This document shows, piece after piece, positions 36,891 to 47,004 of a stretch of DNA of 64,000 bases. Position 1 is the stretch's first letter. Every line of letters starts with the position of its first letter. The DNA is from an uncultured Collinsella sp. (GTDB lineage: Bacteria > Actinomycetota > Coriobacteriia > Coriobacteriales > Coriobacteriaceae), in the NCBI GenBank assembly GCA_959026725.1, contig CAUFMG010000002.1:119067-183066 (forward strand). Reading direction: 5' to 3'. Under the pieces are notes generated by a model. The model made no database searches and was not told where the DNA came from. It worked only from the letters and a program-made list of their open reading frames with translations. The translations under genes and the position numbers were made by a program.

Positions 36891-38601
36891 AAAAGCGAAG
36901 ACGGTCAACGTCCTCGAGGGACCGATGACCGAGTCGTGCGCCGAGTTTCCCGCGCGCCACGTGTTTATCAAGTGCCCGGAGTGCCGCCGCGTGATCGATG
37001 AGGCACGCCTGCACGACAACCTCGAGGTCTGCCCTCGTTGCGGCAAACACTTTCGCGTGAGCGGGCGCGACCGCATGCACATGACGATTGACGAGGGCAC
37101 GTTTGAGGAATGGGATGCCAGTCTGGCGCCGGAGGACTTCCTTTCGTTTCCCGGCTATGCCGACAAGCTCAAGAGCGTGAGCGAACGTTCGGGCGAGCGC
37201 GATGCCGTTGTGTGCGGCAAGGGCAAAATCTGCGGTTGCGATACGGCGCTCTTCTTTATGGACGCCAACTTTATGATGGGCTCGATGGGTTCCGTGGTGG
37301 GCGAGAAGATCTGCCGCACATTTGAGCGTGCGACCGAGCTGGGACTGCCGGTCGTTGGCTTTACCGTATCGGGTGGCGCCCGCATGCAGGAGGGCGTGAC
37401 CTCGCTCATGCAGATGGCCAAGATTTCTGCGGCGGTTAGGCGCCATAGCGAGGCGGGCGGCCTGTATATCACGGTGCTCACTGACCCCACGACCGGAGGC
37501 GTAACCGCGAGCTTTGCCATGGAGGGCGATATTATCCTGGCCGAGCCCGATGCCCTGACGGCATTTGCCGGCCCGCGCGTGATCGAGCAGAACATGCACA
37601 AGCGCCTGCCCAAGGGATTCCAGCGCTCCGAGTTTTTGCTGGAGCACGGCTTTTGCGATGCCGTTGTTCCGCGTGGCGAGATTGCGCTCACGGTAGGCGA
37701 GCTGCTGGCGCTGCACGAAGGGCACGCGCCCGGCCTGGGGGCACCGCATGAGATCGTGCATACGGGTCGCCGTGGCAAAAAGCTGGGACACTTGTTCAAG
37801 CGCTCGGCCGCACCAAAAACCGCGCTCGAGATTGTCAAGCAGACCCGCTCGGCAGATCGCGCCACGGCAGGCGAGATGATCTCGCTGGGCCTGGATGGAT
37901 TTGTGGAGCTGCACGGCGACCGCTACTTTGGCGACGACGCCGCTGTGGTGGCTGGCATTGGCTGGAAAGACGGGCGCCCCGTAACGGTCATCGCCATCGA
38001 GCGCGGCACCACGACCAAAGAGCGCATGCGTCGCAACTTTGGCATGGCACATCCCGAGGGCTACCGCAAAGCGCGTCGCCTTATGCGCCAGGCCGAAAAG
38101 TTTGGTCGACCGGTTCTGTGCCTGGTCGATACTTCGGGCGCGTTTTGCGGCATCGGTGCCGAGGAGCGCGGCCAGGGCGAGGCGATTGCTCAGAATCTCA
38201 TGGAGATGAGCGGCCTTAAGACGCCGATTGTCTCGGTGGTGACAGGCGAGGGCGGCTCTGGTGGCGCGCTGGCGCTGTCCGTGGTCGACCGCATCCTGAT
38301 GCTCTCGAGCTCGGCCTATTCAGTCGTGAGCCCCGAGGCCTGTGCGTCGATCCTGTGGAAGGATACCGAGCGTGCGGATGAGGCCGCCGAGGCGCTTAAG
38401 CTCACGGCCCCCGATCTGCTGGCGCTCGGCATCATCGACGGCATTGTTGACGATAAGGGCCTGTCGCATGAGGAGATCGCCGGTGCCGTCATGTCCTCGG
38501 CATTTGATGCCTTCGATACGCTTGGGCAGCTCGACGACGCGACCCTCACAAACCTCCGCTACGAAAAGTACCGCGCAATCGGTCGATACCGCACGATGTG
38601 A
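36877..38601 (+). CDS. acetyl-CoA carboxylase carboxyltransferase, fused beta (AccD) and alpha (AccA) subunits
   Basis: N-terminal Zn ribbon CPECRR...CPRCGKH (AccD). The C-terminal half carries the AccA-like GAFCGIGAEERGQGEAIAQNL. Confidence 0.85.
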   Translation: MLMNRKAKTVNVLEGPMTESCAEFPARHVFIKCPECRRVIDEARLHDNLEVCPRCGKHFRVSGRDRMHMTIDEGTFEEWDASLAPEDFLSFPGYADKLKSVSERSGERDAVVCGKGKICGCDTALFFMDANFMMGSMGSVVGEKICRTFERATELGLPVVGFTVSGGARMQEGVTSLMQMAKISAAVRRHSEAGGLYITVLTDPTTGGVTASFAMEGDIILAEPDALTAFAGPRVIEQNMHKRLPKGFQRSEFLLEHGFCDAVVPRGEIALTVGELLALHEGHAPGLGAPHEIVHTGRRGKKLGHLFKRSAAPKTALEIVKQTRSADRATAGEMISLGLDGFVELHGDRYFGDDAAVVAGIGWKDGRPVTVIAIERGTTTKERMRRNFGMAHPEGYRKARRLMRQAEKFGRPVLCLVDTSGAFCGIGAEERGQGEAIAQNLMEMSGLKTPIVSVVTGEGGSGGALALSVVDRILMLSSSAYSVVSPEACASILWKDTERADEAAEALKLTAPDLLALGIIDGIVDDKGLSHEEIAGAVMSSAFDAFDTLGQLDDATLTNLRYEKYRAIGRYRTM

Positions 38602-38617
38602 CAAAGGGACAGCCCGC

Positions 38618-39856
38618 ATGTCATATTGGGAAAGGCGTTCCATGCTACAAGTTTCTAACACCTCGTTTACAACGTCGGTTTCATCAAACGCCATGGCCGT
38701 GGTGGACTATCTGTCCAAAAGCATGATGTCGGCGCTGCCCTTTATTGTCTGCGCGGCGTTGTTCCGCACCGTCGCTGTCATTATGGGCGAAGGCATGCTG
38801 GGCCTGTGGTCTGCCGATTCCGATATCTATCGCCTGTTCTACAGTTGGCTCTATAACGCCGGCTACTACTTTTTGCCCATTTATCTTGGTTGGGCGGCCG
38901 CCCGCCAGCTCGGTTGCTCGGAGCAGCTGGGCATGATGCTGGGCGGCGTATTGATTGCGCCCGATCTGCTTAAGCTCGTCGATGTCGCATCGACGACGGC
39001 GGCATCGATGACTTCCGTGTATGGTCTGTTTCCCGCGCCGGTCAACGATTACACGACGACTGTTATTCCGGTTCTCATCTCGGTGCCCGTGCTATGGCGA
39101 GTGGAGTGTTTCTTTCAGCGCGTTATCCCTCAGGCCGTGGCGTTTTCGTTCGTTCCGTTTGCGACCATGCTCGTTATGGTTCCGGTTTCGCTGTGTATTA
39201 CGGCGCCGGCGGGCAGCTATCTGGGCATGCTGTTGGGCCAACTTATGTTTATGCTTGGCAATTCCGGTGGCATCGTGTCGCTGCTCACGCTCATGGGGCT
39301 TGCCGCGGGTTGGGAGTTTCTTAAGATTGCGGGCGTCAGCAACGTTGTCCTATCGCTTGCGTACGCGCAGTTTATGAGCGTGGGAACGGATTCGTGCATT
39401 CTCATTGCCGCGACAATGGCGACGTTCGCCGTTTGGGGCATGCCCTTTGGTGCGTCGCTCCGCGTTGCGGATAAGGATGAGAAGGCGCTCATGCTGGGCT
39501 ATTCAATCTCGGGCGTGCTTGGCGGCGTAAGCGAGCCGGCGCTGTACGGCTGCGGTTTTAAATATGGCAGGTGCCTGACGTGCATGGCCATTGGCGGCGC
39601 CGTCGGAGGCCTTGTTGCAGCCGTGGGCCACGTTACGGCTTATACCATCGGCATGACGAATGTCCTCATGGTCATTGGCTTTGCCACGGGCGGTATTTCG
39701 AACCTGCTGTGGTGCTGCGTTGCCGGCGGCACGGCATTTGCGGCGTCTGCGGCGCTGAGCTACTGCTTTGGCGTGGTGCCGACGAAGGGGCGAGCGACGG
39801 GGGACGGAGCCGATTCACCCGAAACCTCGAAGAGCGTGGCCGAAGTAAGCGCGTAA
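38618..39856 (+). CDS. PTS EIIC-domain membrane protein (glucose/beta-glucoside family), no EIIB/EIIA
   Basis: Trimmed to the ATG at 38618. Polytopic, with GVSEPALYG matching the EIIC G[IV]TEPA[IL][YF]G motif and YFLPIYLGWAAARQLG resembling the Bgl-type EIIC core. Confidence 0.6.
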   Translation: MSYWERRSMLQVSNTSFTTSVSSNAMAVVDYLSKSMMSALPFIVCAALFRTVAVIMGEGMLGLWSADSDIYRLFYSWLYNAGYYFLPIYLGWAAARQLGCSEQLGMMLGGVLIAPDLLKLVDVASTTAASMTSVYGLFPAPVNDYTTTVIPVLISVPVLWRVECFFQRVIPQAVAFSFVPFATMLVMVPVSLCITAPAGSYLGMLLGQLMFMLGNSGGIVSLLTLMGLAAGWEFLKIAGVSNVVLSLAYAQFMSVGTDSCILIAATMATFAVWGMPFGASLRVADKDEKALMLGYSISGVLGGVSEPALYGCGFKYGRCLTCMAIGGAVGGLVAAVGHVTAYTIGMTNVLMVIGFATGGISNLLWCCVAGGTAFAASAALSYCFGVVPTKGRATGDGADSPETSKSVAEVSA

Positions 39857-39894
39857 ACCTGTGCGACACAAGGACGATTCCTTTGCCATATTCC

Positions 39895-39930
39895 AAGGCC
39901 GTGGCCCGTGTGGGTTGCGGCCTTTTTTGT
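39895..39930 (+). terminator. intrinsic terminator ending the fab-acc-EIIC unit
   Basis: aaggccg...cggcctt stem plus a T6 run. Confidence 0.7.
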
Positions 39931-40007
39931 ATCTGGGGGACAAAGTGGCTACACTACAATCCGTTTGAGCAATAGATATATAGGTAGTACCGTGGGGGCG
40001 GATGTAG

Positions 40008-41162
40008 ATGGTCGAGTGGATTGTTAAGCGTGCGCAGGGCGACCGTGCGCGCGTGGGCACGTTGACGGGCGTTGTGTGTATTCTCGCCAATGTGGCACTA
40101 TGTGCTGCGAAGGGCGCAATTGGCGTGGTTTCGGGATCGGTTTCGATCGTGGCGGATGCCATGAACAACCTGTCCGATGCCAGCTCGAATATCGTGAGCG
40201 TGCTGGGCTTTAAGCTGGCGAGCAAGCCGGCCGACCCCGAGCATCCTTACGGTCACGGTCGCTACGAGTATCTCTCGGGTCTGGTCGTGGCGGCGCTCGT
40301 ACTGCTGATCGGCCTTGAGCTTATCAAGTCCTCGGTTGAGCGCGTCATCCACCCCGAACCTGTCGAGTTCTCGCTTGCCCTGGTGACGGTTCTAGTGCTT
40401 TCGATGGTCGTAAAGCTCTGGATGGCGGCCCTCAACCAAAAGCTCGGTGACCGTATTGAGTCCGATACGCTGCATGCGACGGCTCAGGACTCAAAGAACG
40501 ATGTCCTGGCCACGGGCGCTGTGCTGGCGTGCGCGATTGTTTCCCAGGTGACGCATGTCAATCTTGATGCTTGGGTCGGCCTTGCCGTTGGCGTCTATAT
40601 TGGCTGGAGCGGCTTTGAGCTTATCCAAGATACGGTGAGCCCCCTTTTGGGCCAGGCACCCGATCCCAAGCTGGTCAAGCACATCCGAGACAAGATCATG
40701 AGCTACCCCGGCGTTTTGGGTGTTCATGACCTGATGGTTCACGATTACGGTCCGGGCAGGAAGTTTGCAAGTGCGCACGCCGAGATGGCGGCCGAGGCCA
40801 GCCCGCTGGAAAGTCACGACACGCTCGATAACATCGAGCAGTCGTTTAGGGACGAGGACGGCATGATCGTCACGCTCCATTACGATCCCATCGTGACCGA
40901 CGATTCAAATGTGGCGAGCATGCGTCTGCGCATCAACGCTATGGCCCAGGAGATCGATAGACGCCTTTCGATTCACGATTTGCGTTGCGTGCCGGGCCCC
41001 ACGCACACCAATGTGATCTTTGACTGTGTGCGACCCTCGGATTTGGACATGGATGCCGATGAGCTCAAACACGCGCTGGCACAACGGGTCGAATCGGAAT
41101 ATCCCAAGTCGATTGCAAAGATTACGATCGACGAAGACTACGTAGGGCATACCCACGAGTAG
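40008..41162 (+). CDS. cation diffusion facilitator family transporter
   Basis: Six-TM N-terminal domain with the SIVADAMNNLSDA motif, and a cytoplasmic C-terminal domain. Confidence 0.85.
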   Translation: MVEWIVKRAQGDRARVGTLTGVVCILANVALCAAKGAIGVVSGSVSIVADAMNNLSDASSNIVSVLGFKLASKPADPEHPYGHGRYEYLSGLVVAALVLLIGLELIKSSVERVIHPEPVEFSLALVTVLVLSMVVKLWMAALNQKLGDRIESDTLHATAQDSKNDVLATGAVLACAIVSQVTHVNLDAWVGLAVGVYIGWSGFELIQDTVSPLLGQAPDPKLVKHIRDKIMSYPGVLGVHDLMVHDYGPGRKFASAHAEMAAEASPLESHDTLDNIEQSFRDEDGMIVTLHYDPIVTDDSNVASMRLRINAMAQEIDRRLSIHDLRCVPGPTHTNVIFDCVRPSDLDMDADELKHALAQRVESEYPKSIAKITIDEDYVGHTHE

Positions 41163-41201
41163 GGCTGTGCCGGCAAAGCAAGTTATACAGAAGGGGAGAC
41201 T

Positions 41202-41828
41202 ATGAAGAAGCTGTATCTGCTCCGCCACGGCCAGACGGAATTCAACGTCAAAAAACTCGTCCAGGGTCGCTGCGATTCACCGCTCACCAATTTGGGTCGT
41301 CAACAGGCGCAGACAGCCGCCGCATGGCTCAAGGTCCATGGCGTCGTCCCCGACAAAGTGGTCTCATCGCCCTTAGGCCGAGCCATGGACACGGCAAGTC
41401 TCGTCGCATGCGAACTCCTCGGTCCGGATGCAGCAGTCGAGCCCTGCGAAGGCATCATCGAGCGCAGCTACGGCACCTTCGAAGAAGGCCCCCACGACGC
41501 CCTGCCCACCGACGTCTGGGACCCCGGCGAGGACCTGATTCCATTTGGCGGAGAAGGAAGCCATGCCCTGCAGGAGCGCATGGTAGACACCCTCACCAAT
41601 ATCATGGGCGCCGAGGATATCGAAACCCTCCTAGCAGTAAGCCACGGCAGCGCCAGCCGCCAATTCATCAAGGCTGCAGCCCCAGAGGGCTTCGAGCTCC
41701 CAGCAAAACTCCCCAACTGCGCCATCATGATCTTCGATTTCGATGAGCAAAAGCCACAAGCAGAAGGCGAACCAATGCAGTGTAAGTTCACCCTTCAGCA
41801 AATAGTGGACCCCCAACAAAGTAATTAG
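41202..41828 (+). CDS. histidine phosphatase family protein
   Basis: LLRHGQTEFN catalytic RHG motif, plus a later SHG. Confidence 0.8.
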   Translation: MKKLYLLRHGQTEFNVKKLVQGRCDSPLTNLGRQQAQTAAAWLKVHGVVPDKVVSSPLGRAMDTASLVACELLGPDAAVEPCEGIIERSYGTFEEGPHDALPTDVWDPGEDLIPFGGEGSHALQERMVDTLTNIMGAEDIETLLAVSHGSASRQFIKAAAPEGFELPAKLPNCAIMIFDFDEQKPQAEGEPMQCKFTLQQIVDPQQSN

Positions 41829-41880
41829 CTGAGCGAGCAGAGTTAAACAGACATCAACGTGTCGTCTCCCGAGCTTGGCA

Positions 41881-42005
41881 GAGGGGCGGCGAAATATATT
41901 AAGTTTGTCGCGAGTTCCGCACGCAAAGGAAAGCACTTAATGTGCTCTCCGTCGTGAGCAGGACTGTAGAGCAGCAACCTTAATATGTCTCAGGCCCGCC
42001 CCCTC
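41881..42005 (+). repeat. long-hairpin element, copy C
   Basis: The core differs from A/B at about 4 positions. The outer stem is replaced by gaggggcgg...atattaag / cttaatat...ccgccccctc. Confidence 0.85.
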
Positions 42006-42291
42006 CGCCGCACACTGGGAACGTGCCACGCACTTTACCTGCGTAAACAATGTGAGTGAAATATGAATCTCGATGGATACGCCCGCAGCCGTGTATACTA
42101 AACAGCTGTGTGTAACCAGGGGAGTATTCTGGCTGGACAAAATGCCTGCTTAATAGGGTTGTCAGGTAGTCTGGGCGCAATACAAGACTGGGGAGCACGT
42201 CGTGTAAGTAGTGGTCCTCTAGGGGCGTACGCTCGGTGGTGTACGCATTGTCCCAAGACCACGCGAGAGTTGGGATCATATCTTGATCAGC

Positions 42292-42903
42292 ATGATTCTC
42301 GGCCGCAAGATTGGCATGACCCAGGTTTGGGACGAGGACGACAACGTCGTTCCCGTCACGGTCATCCAGGCTGGCCCCTGCGCTGTCTCGCAGGTTAAAA
42401 CTCAGGCAACCGACGGCTATGACGCCGTCCAGATCGGTTTCGGCGACATCAAGGCCAAGAACGTGAACAAGCCCATGGCTGGTCACTTCGCTAAGGCTGG
42501 CGTCGAGCCTGTCCGTTTCCTTCGTGAGGTCCGCGTCGAGAACGGCGAGGAGCACAAGGTCGGCGAGGTCGTCACCGTCGCTGATTTCGCTGATGTCGAG
42601 AAGGTCGACGTCATCGGTACCTCCAAGGGTAAGGGCTTCCAGGGTCGCATCAAGCGCTGGGGTCAGCGCCGCGGTCCTATGACGCATGGTTCTCACTTCC
42701 AGCGTCACCCCGGTTCTATCGGTCAGTGCGCCTATCCTGCGCGCGTCCTCAAGGGCGTCAAGATGGCCGGTCACATGGGTAACGAGCGCGTTACCGTCAA
42801 GAACCTTTCCGTTGTCCGCATCGATGCCGAGCAGAACCTCATCTTGGTCAAGGGCGCTGTCCCGGGTGCCAAGAATGGTCTCGTCGCCATCCGTATGGCC
42901 TAA
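42292..42903 (+). CDS. rplC: 50S ribosomal protein L3
   Basis: [14 protein letters not shown]...; the TTG at 42283 is an alternative start. Confidence 0.93.
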   Translation: MILGRKIGMTQVWDEDDNVVPVTVIQAGPCAVSQVKTQATDGYDAVQIGFGDIKAKNVNKPMAGHFAKAGVEPVRFLREVRVENGEEHKVGEVVTVADFADVEKVDVIGTSKGKGFQGRIKRWGQRRGPMTHGSHFQRHPGSIGQCAYPARVLKGVKMAGHMGNERVTVKNLSVVRIDAEQNLILVKGAVPGAKNGLVAIRMA

Positions 42904-42949
42904 GGGCCCAGCCCATTTAGCCCAGCGTCATACCAAGGAGAACACTTAA

Positions 42950-43576
42950 ATGGCAAAGTTTGAAGTAAAGAACAGCGAGGGCAAGAAGGTCGCCGAGGCC
43001 GAGCTCGCCGCTGAGGTGTACGGCATCGAGCCGAACATCCACGTTATGCACCACATCGTCAAGTGCCAGATGGCCTCTTGGCGTCAGGGCACCCAGTCCG
43101 CTAAGGGCCGCTCTGAGGTTTCCGGTGGCGGCAAGAAGCCTTGGCGTCAGAAGGGCACCGGCCGTGCCCGCCAGGGTTCCATCCGTGCTGCCCAGTGGCG
43201 TCACGGTGGCGTTGTCTTCGCCCCCAAGCCCCGTTCCTACGCTAAGCGTATGAACAACAAGGAGGTCAAGCTGGCTATGCGCTCGGCGCTGTCCGCCAAG
43301 CTGGCCGATGGCGAGCTCGTGCTCGTCGACGACTACGGCTTCGAGAAGCCTTCCACCAAGGCTGCCGTTGCCATGCTCAAGGCTCTCGGCCTTGAGGGCA
43401 AGCGTCTGACCATCATCGTTCGCGATGAGGACGTCAACGCCTACCTGTCGTTCCGCAACATTCCCAAGACGTTCATCATCACTGCCGACGAGGCCAACAC
43501 CTACGATCTCGTCAACAACAACGCCGTGCTGATGCCCGCCGACATCGCCGCTCACTTCGGGGAGGTGCTTGCTTAA
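42950..43576 (+). CDS. rplD: 50S ribosomal protein L4
   Basis: GGGKKPWRQKGTGRARQGS motif. Confidence 0.93.
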   Translation: MAKFEVKNSEGKKVAEAELAAEVYGIEPNIHVMHHIVKCQMASWRQGTQSAKGRSEVSGGGKKPWRQKGTGRARQGSIRAAQWRHGGVVFAPKPRSYAKRMNNKEVKLAMRSALSAKLADGELVLVDDYGFEKPSTKAAVAMLKALGLEGKRLTIIVRDEDVNAYLSFRNIPKTFIITADEANTYDLVNNNAVLMPADIAAHFGEVLA

Positions 43577-43864
43577 ATGACCGCCCACGAGATCATCATC
43601 CGTCCGATCGTGTCCGAGCGTTCCTTCTCCGGCATGGAGCAGAACAAGTACACGTTCGAGGTCGCCAAGGATGCTAACAAGTATCAGATCAAGGACGCTG
43701 TCGAGGAGATCTTCGGCGTCAAGGTCGTTCGCGTGAACACCCTGACGGTCAAGCCCAAGACCAAGCGCGTGCGCTATGTCGCCGGCAAGACCCGTTCTTG
43801 GAAGAAGGCCATCGTCACGCTGGCCGAGGGCGACACCATCGAGGTCTTTGGCAACCAGGCCTAA
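43577..43864 (+). CDS. rplW: 50S ribosomal protein L23
   Basis: Size, synteny and L23 sequence. Confidence 0.92.
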   Translation: MTAHEIIIRPIVSERSFSGMEQNKYTFEVAKDANKYQIKDAVEEIFGVKVVRVNTLTVKPKTKRVRYVAGKTRSWKKAIVTLAEGDTIEVFGNQA

Positions 43865-44043
43865 GACTCGCTGCTGTTGAGTGAGCTCATGCCTCCCAAA
43901 TAGGGGAGGCGAGAGCTCAAGGTTTTGGGCGTATAAAATGGACACGCCCGGAGCCGTGTATACGTCCGGTGTCATCGCACCCGAGGCAGAACCTCGAATC
44001 CCTGTCTGCGATGGCTAACGGATTCCTATTGAAAGGGATTGTA

Positions 44044-44874
44044 ATGGCTGTAAAGCACCTTAAGCCGACCTCCGCTGGTAGGCGTTGGCAGACGATCTCC
44101 GACTTCTCCGAGATCACCTGCACCAAGCCCGAGAAGTCTCTTCTCGAGCCCCTGCCCAAGAAGGCCGGTCGTAACAACAACGGCCGCATCACCACCCGCC
44201 ATCAGGGCGGCGGCGTGAAGCGTCGTTACCGCGTGATCGACTTCAAGCGCAACAAGGACGGCGTGCCCGCCAAGGTTGCCACGATCGAGTACGATCCGAA
44301 CCGTTCCGCTCGCATCGCTCTGCTGCACTACGCTGACGGTGAGAAGCGCTACATCCTGGCCCCCAAGGGCCTCGAGGTCGGTCAGACCATCATGTCCGGT
44401 TCTGACGCCGACATCAAGCCGGGCAACGCTCTGCCCCTCGCCGACATCCCCGTCGGTACGCTCATCCACGCCGTCGAGTTCCAGCCGGGCAAGGGCGCTG
44501 CTATCGCCCGTTCCGCCGGTAACTCCTGCCAGCTGATGGGTAAGGAGGGCAAGTACGCTATCGTCCGTATGCCTTCCTCCGAGATGCGCCGCATCCTCGT
44601 TACCTGCCGCGCCACCGTCGGTGAGGTCGGCAACGCCGATCACTCCAACATCGTCATCGGCAAGGCCGGCCGTAAGCGTCACATGAACGTGCGCCCGACC
44701 GTCCGCGGTACCGTCATGAACCCTGTCGACCACCCGCACGGCGGTGGCGAGGGCAAGAACCACACCTCTGGTCGTCCCTCTGTTACCCCCTGGGGTAAGC
44801 CGACGAAGGGCCTTCGTACGCGCAAGAAGAAGAAGGTCTCGAACCAGCACATCATTCGTCGCCGTAAGAAGTAA
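44044..44874 (+). CDS. rplB: 50S ribosomal protein L2
   Basis: Trimmed to the ATG at 44044. [14 protein letters not shown] motif. Confidence 0.95.
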   Translation: MAVKHLKPTSAGRRWQTISDFSEITCTKPEKSLLEPLPKKAGRNNNGRITTRHQGGGVKRRYRVIDFKRNKDGVPAKVATIEYDPNRSARIALLHYADGEKRYILAPKGLEVGQTIMSGSDADIKPGNALPLADIPVGTLIHAVEFQPGKGAAIARSAGNSCQLMGKEGKYAIVRMPSSEMRRILVTCRATVGEVGNADHSNIVIGKAGRKRHMNVRPTVRGTVMNPVDHPHGGGEGKNHTSGRPSVTPWGKPTKGLRTRKKKKVSNQHIIRRRKK

Positions 44875-44906
44875 TTTCGGATACCGAGTTTTAGGAGAAA
44901 GCACTT

Positions 44907-45167
44907 ATGAGCAGAAGTCTCAAAAAGGGCCCGTTCGTGGAGACTCGCCTTCTCTCGCGTATCACCGCGATGAACGAGGCTGGCAAGAAGGACGTCGTGA
45001 AGACCTGGTCCCGCGCGTCCACCATCTTCCCCGAGATGGTTGGTCACACCATCGCCGTCCACGACGGCCGCAAGCATGTGCCCGTGTATGTTACCGAGTC
45101 CATGGTTGGTCACAAGCTCGGCGAGTTCGCGCCGACTCGTACGTTCCGTGGCCACAAGGCCAAATAG
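44907..45167 (+). CDS. rpsS: 30S ribosomal protein S19
   Basis: SRSLKKGPF...HDGRKHVPV. Confidence 0.95.
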   Translation: MSRSLKKGPFVETRLLSRITAMNEAGKKDVVKTWSRASTIFPEMVGHTIAVHDGRKHVPVYVTESMVGHKLGEFAPTRTFRGHKAK

Positions 45168-45181
45168 GGGGTTAACCGTAA

Positions 45182-45553
45182 ATGGCAACTAAGTCTATTG
45201 AAACTGAGGCCACCGAGGTTCGCGCCGTCGCTAAGTACGTGCGTGTTTCCCCCAGCAAGGCCCGCCTGGTGGTCGATCTGATCCGCCGCAAGCCTGTCGC
45301 TCAGGCCTTCGACATCCTCCACTTCTGCGACCGCGCCGTCGCCGTGGATGTCGAGAAGGTTCTCCGTTCCGCCGTTGCGAACGCCGAGAACAACAACGGT
45401 CTGCGTGCCGACAACCTGGTTGTCGCCGCTGCCTATGTTGACGAGGGTCCGACGCTTAAGCGCATCCGTCCCCGCGCCAAGGGTTCCGCTTCTCGCATTC
45501 TGAAGCGTACTTCCCACATCACCGTCGTCGTTGCTCCTCGAAAGGAGGCGTAA
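45182..45553 (+). CDS. rplV: 50S ribosomal protein L22
   Basis: Synteny and L22 sequence. Confidence 0.92.
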   Translation: MATKSIETEATEVRAVAKYVRVSPSKARLVVDLIRRKPVAQAFDILHFCDRAVAVDVEKVLRSAVANAENNNGLRADNLVVAAAYVDEGPTLKRIRPRAKGSASRILKRTSHITVVVAPRKEA

Positions 45554-45559
45554 AGCTGT

Positions 45560-46270
45560 ATGGGTCAGAAAGTCTACCCCACCGGCTTCCGTCTTGGCAT
45601 CACCGAGAACTGGCGCTCCCGCTGGTTCGCAGAGAAGGATTACGCTAAGACCCTCGGTAACGATCTCGAGATCCGCAAGTACCTCGAGAAGCGTCTTTCC
45701 CGCGCAGCTGTCTCCCGCGTCGAGATCGAGCGCGCTGGCGACAAGGTGAAGGTCATCATCCTCACCGCTCGCCCCGGCGTTGTCATCGGTAAGAAGGGTG
45801 CCGAGATCGATACCCTCCGCACCGAGCTCGAGAAGGTCGCTGGCGTCTCCAAGGGCCAGCTCTCCGTCGACGTTGTCGAGATCAAGCGCCCCGAGCTCGA
45901 CGCCAACCTCGTTGCTCAGTCTATTGCCGAGCAGCTCGAGGGCCGCGTTGCCTTCCGTCGCGCTATGCGCAAGGCTGTCCAGTCCGCCCGCAAGGCCGGC
46001 GCTAAGGGCATCCGTATCCAGTGCTCCGGTCGTCTCGGCGGTGCCGAGATGGGCCGTCGTGAGTGGTACCGTGAGGGTCGCGTGCCTCTGCACACCCTCC
46101 GTGCCAAGATCGACTACGGCACGGCTGTCGCCAGCACCACCATGGGCGCTTGCGGCGTGAAGGTCTGGATCTACCTGGGCGAGAAGCTCCCGGGCCAGCC
46201 TGTTCCCAACCCTGCACTCGAGGGCTCTTCCCGTCCTCGTCGTCGTAACTCCGAGAGGAGGGGTCAGTAG
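45560..46270 (+). CDS. rpsC: 30S ribosomal protein S3
   Basis: [14 protein letters not shown]..., with a basic C-terminal tail. Confidence 0.95.
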   Translation: MGQKVYPTGFRLGITENWRSRWFAEKDYAKTLGNDLEIRKYLEKRLSRAAVSRVEIERAGDKVKVIILTARPGVVIGKKGAEIDTLRTELEKVAGVSKGQLSVDVVEIKRPELDANLVAQSIAEQLEGRVAFRRAMRKAVQSARKAGAKGIRIQCSGRLGGAEMGRREWYREGRVPLHTLRAKIDYGTAVASTTMGACGVKVWIYLGEKLPGQPVPNPALEGSSRPRRRNSERRGQ

Positions 46271-46773
46271 TGCTTGCCCCTAAGCGTATTCTTCACCGCA
46301 AGGTGCAGCGTGGCTCCATGAAGGGCCAGGCCAAGGGTAATACCGAGCTGCATTTCGGCGAGTTTGGTATCCAGGCTCTCGAGGCCCATTGGATCACCAA
46401 CCGTCAGATCGAGGCCGCTCGTATTGCCATGACCCGCTACATGAAGCGTGGCGGTCGTGTCTACATCACGATCTTCCCCGATAAGCCCATCACCAAGAAG
46501 CCTGCCGAGACTCGCATGGGTTCTGGTAAGGGTAACCCCGAGGAGTGGGTGGCCGTCGTCAAGCCCGGCCGCATCATGTTCGAGGTCAAGGGCGTGCCCG
46601 AGGAGGTCGCTCGCGAGGCTCTGCGTCTTGCACAGCACAAGCTTCCCATCAAGACCAAGATTGTTGCCGCCAAGAACGCCGAGCAGCGCATCCAGAAGGA
46701 GATGGCTGAGGAGGCCGCTCTCGAGGCCAAGTGGGCTGCTGAGGACGCCGCCGCCGCCAAGGAGGAGAACTAA
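46270..46773 (+). CDS. rplP: 50S ribosomal protein L16 (with Ala/Glu-rich C-terminal tail)
   Basis: MLAPKR...[10 protein letters not shown]. About 30 extra C-terminal residues ([31 protein letters not shown]). Confidence 0.92.
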   Translation: MLAPKRILHRKVQRGSMKGQAKGNTELHFGEFGIQALEAHWITNRQIEAARIAMTRYMKRGGRVYITIFPDKPITKKPAETRMGSGKGNPEEWVAVVKPGRIMFEVKGVPEEVAREALRLAQHKLPIKTKIVAAKNAEQRIQKEMAEEAALEAKWAAEDAAAAKEEN

Positions 46774-46988
46774 TGAAGCCCGCAGAGATTCGTGAGCTCT
46801 CGGACGCTCAGCTCGTTGAGAAGCTGAAGGAAATGCGCGCCGAGCTCTTTAACCTTCGTTTCCAGATGGCCACCAGCCAGCTGGACAACACCGCTCGCGT
46901 CAACACCGTGAAGAAGGACATCGCTCGCGTCCTCACGGAGCAGCGCGCCCGCGAGATCGCAGCGGAGAAGTCCGCTGTCGCCGAGTAG
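46773..46988 (+). CDS. rpmC: 50S ribosomal protein L29
   Basis: Size, synteny and LRFQ motif. Confidence 0.9.
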   Translation: MKPAEIRELSDAQLVEKLKEMRAELFNLRFQMATSQLDNTARVNTVKKDIARVLTEQRAREIAAEKSAVAE

Positions 46989-47004
46989 GACCTAAGGAGA
47001 GAAC

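Noticed and set aside
46690-46773. Ala/Glu-rich C-terminal tail on L16 as a possible frameshift or fusion.
   Set aside because: The reading frame is continuous and ends with the usual 1-nt overlap to rpmC. Low-complexity tails on ribosomal proteins are common in Actinomycetota. It is noted in the feature only.
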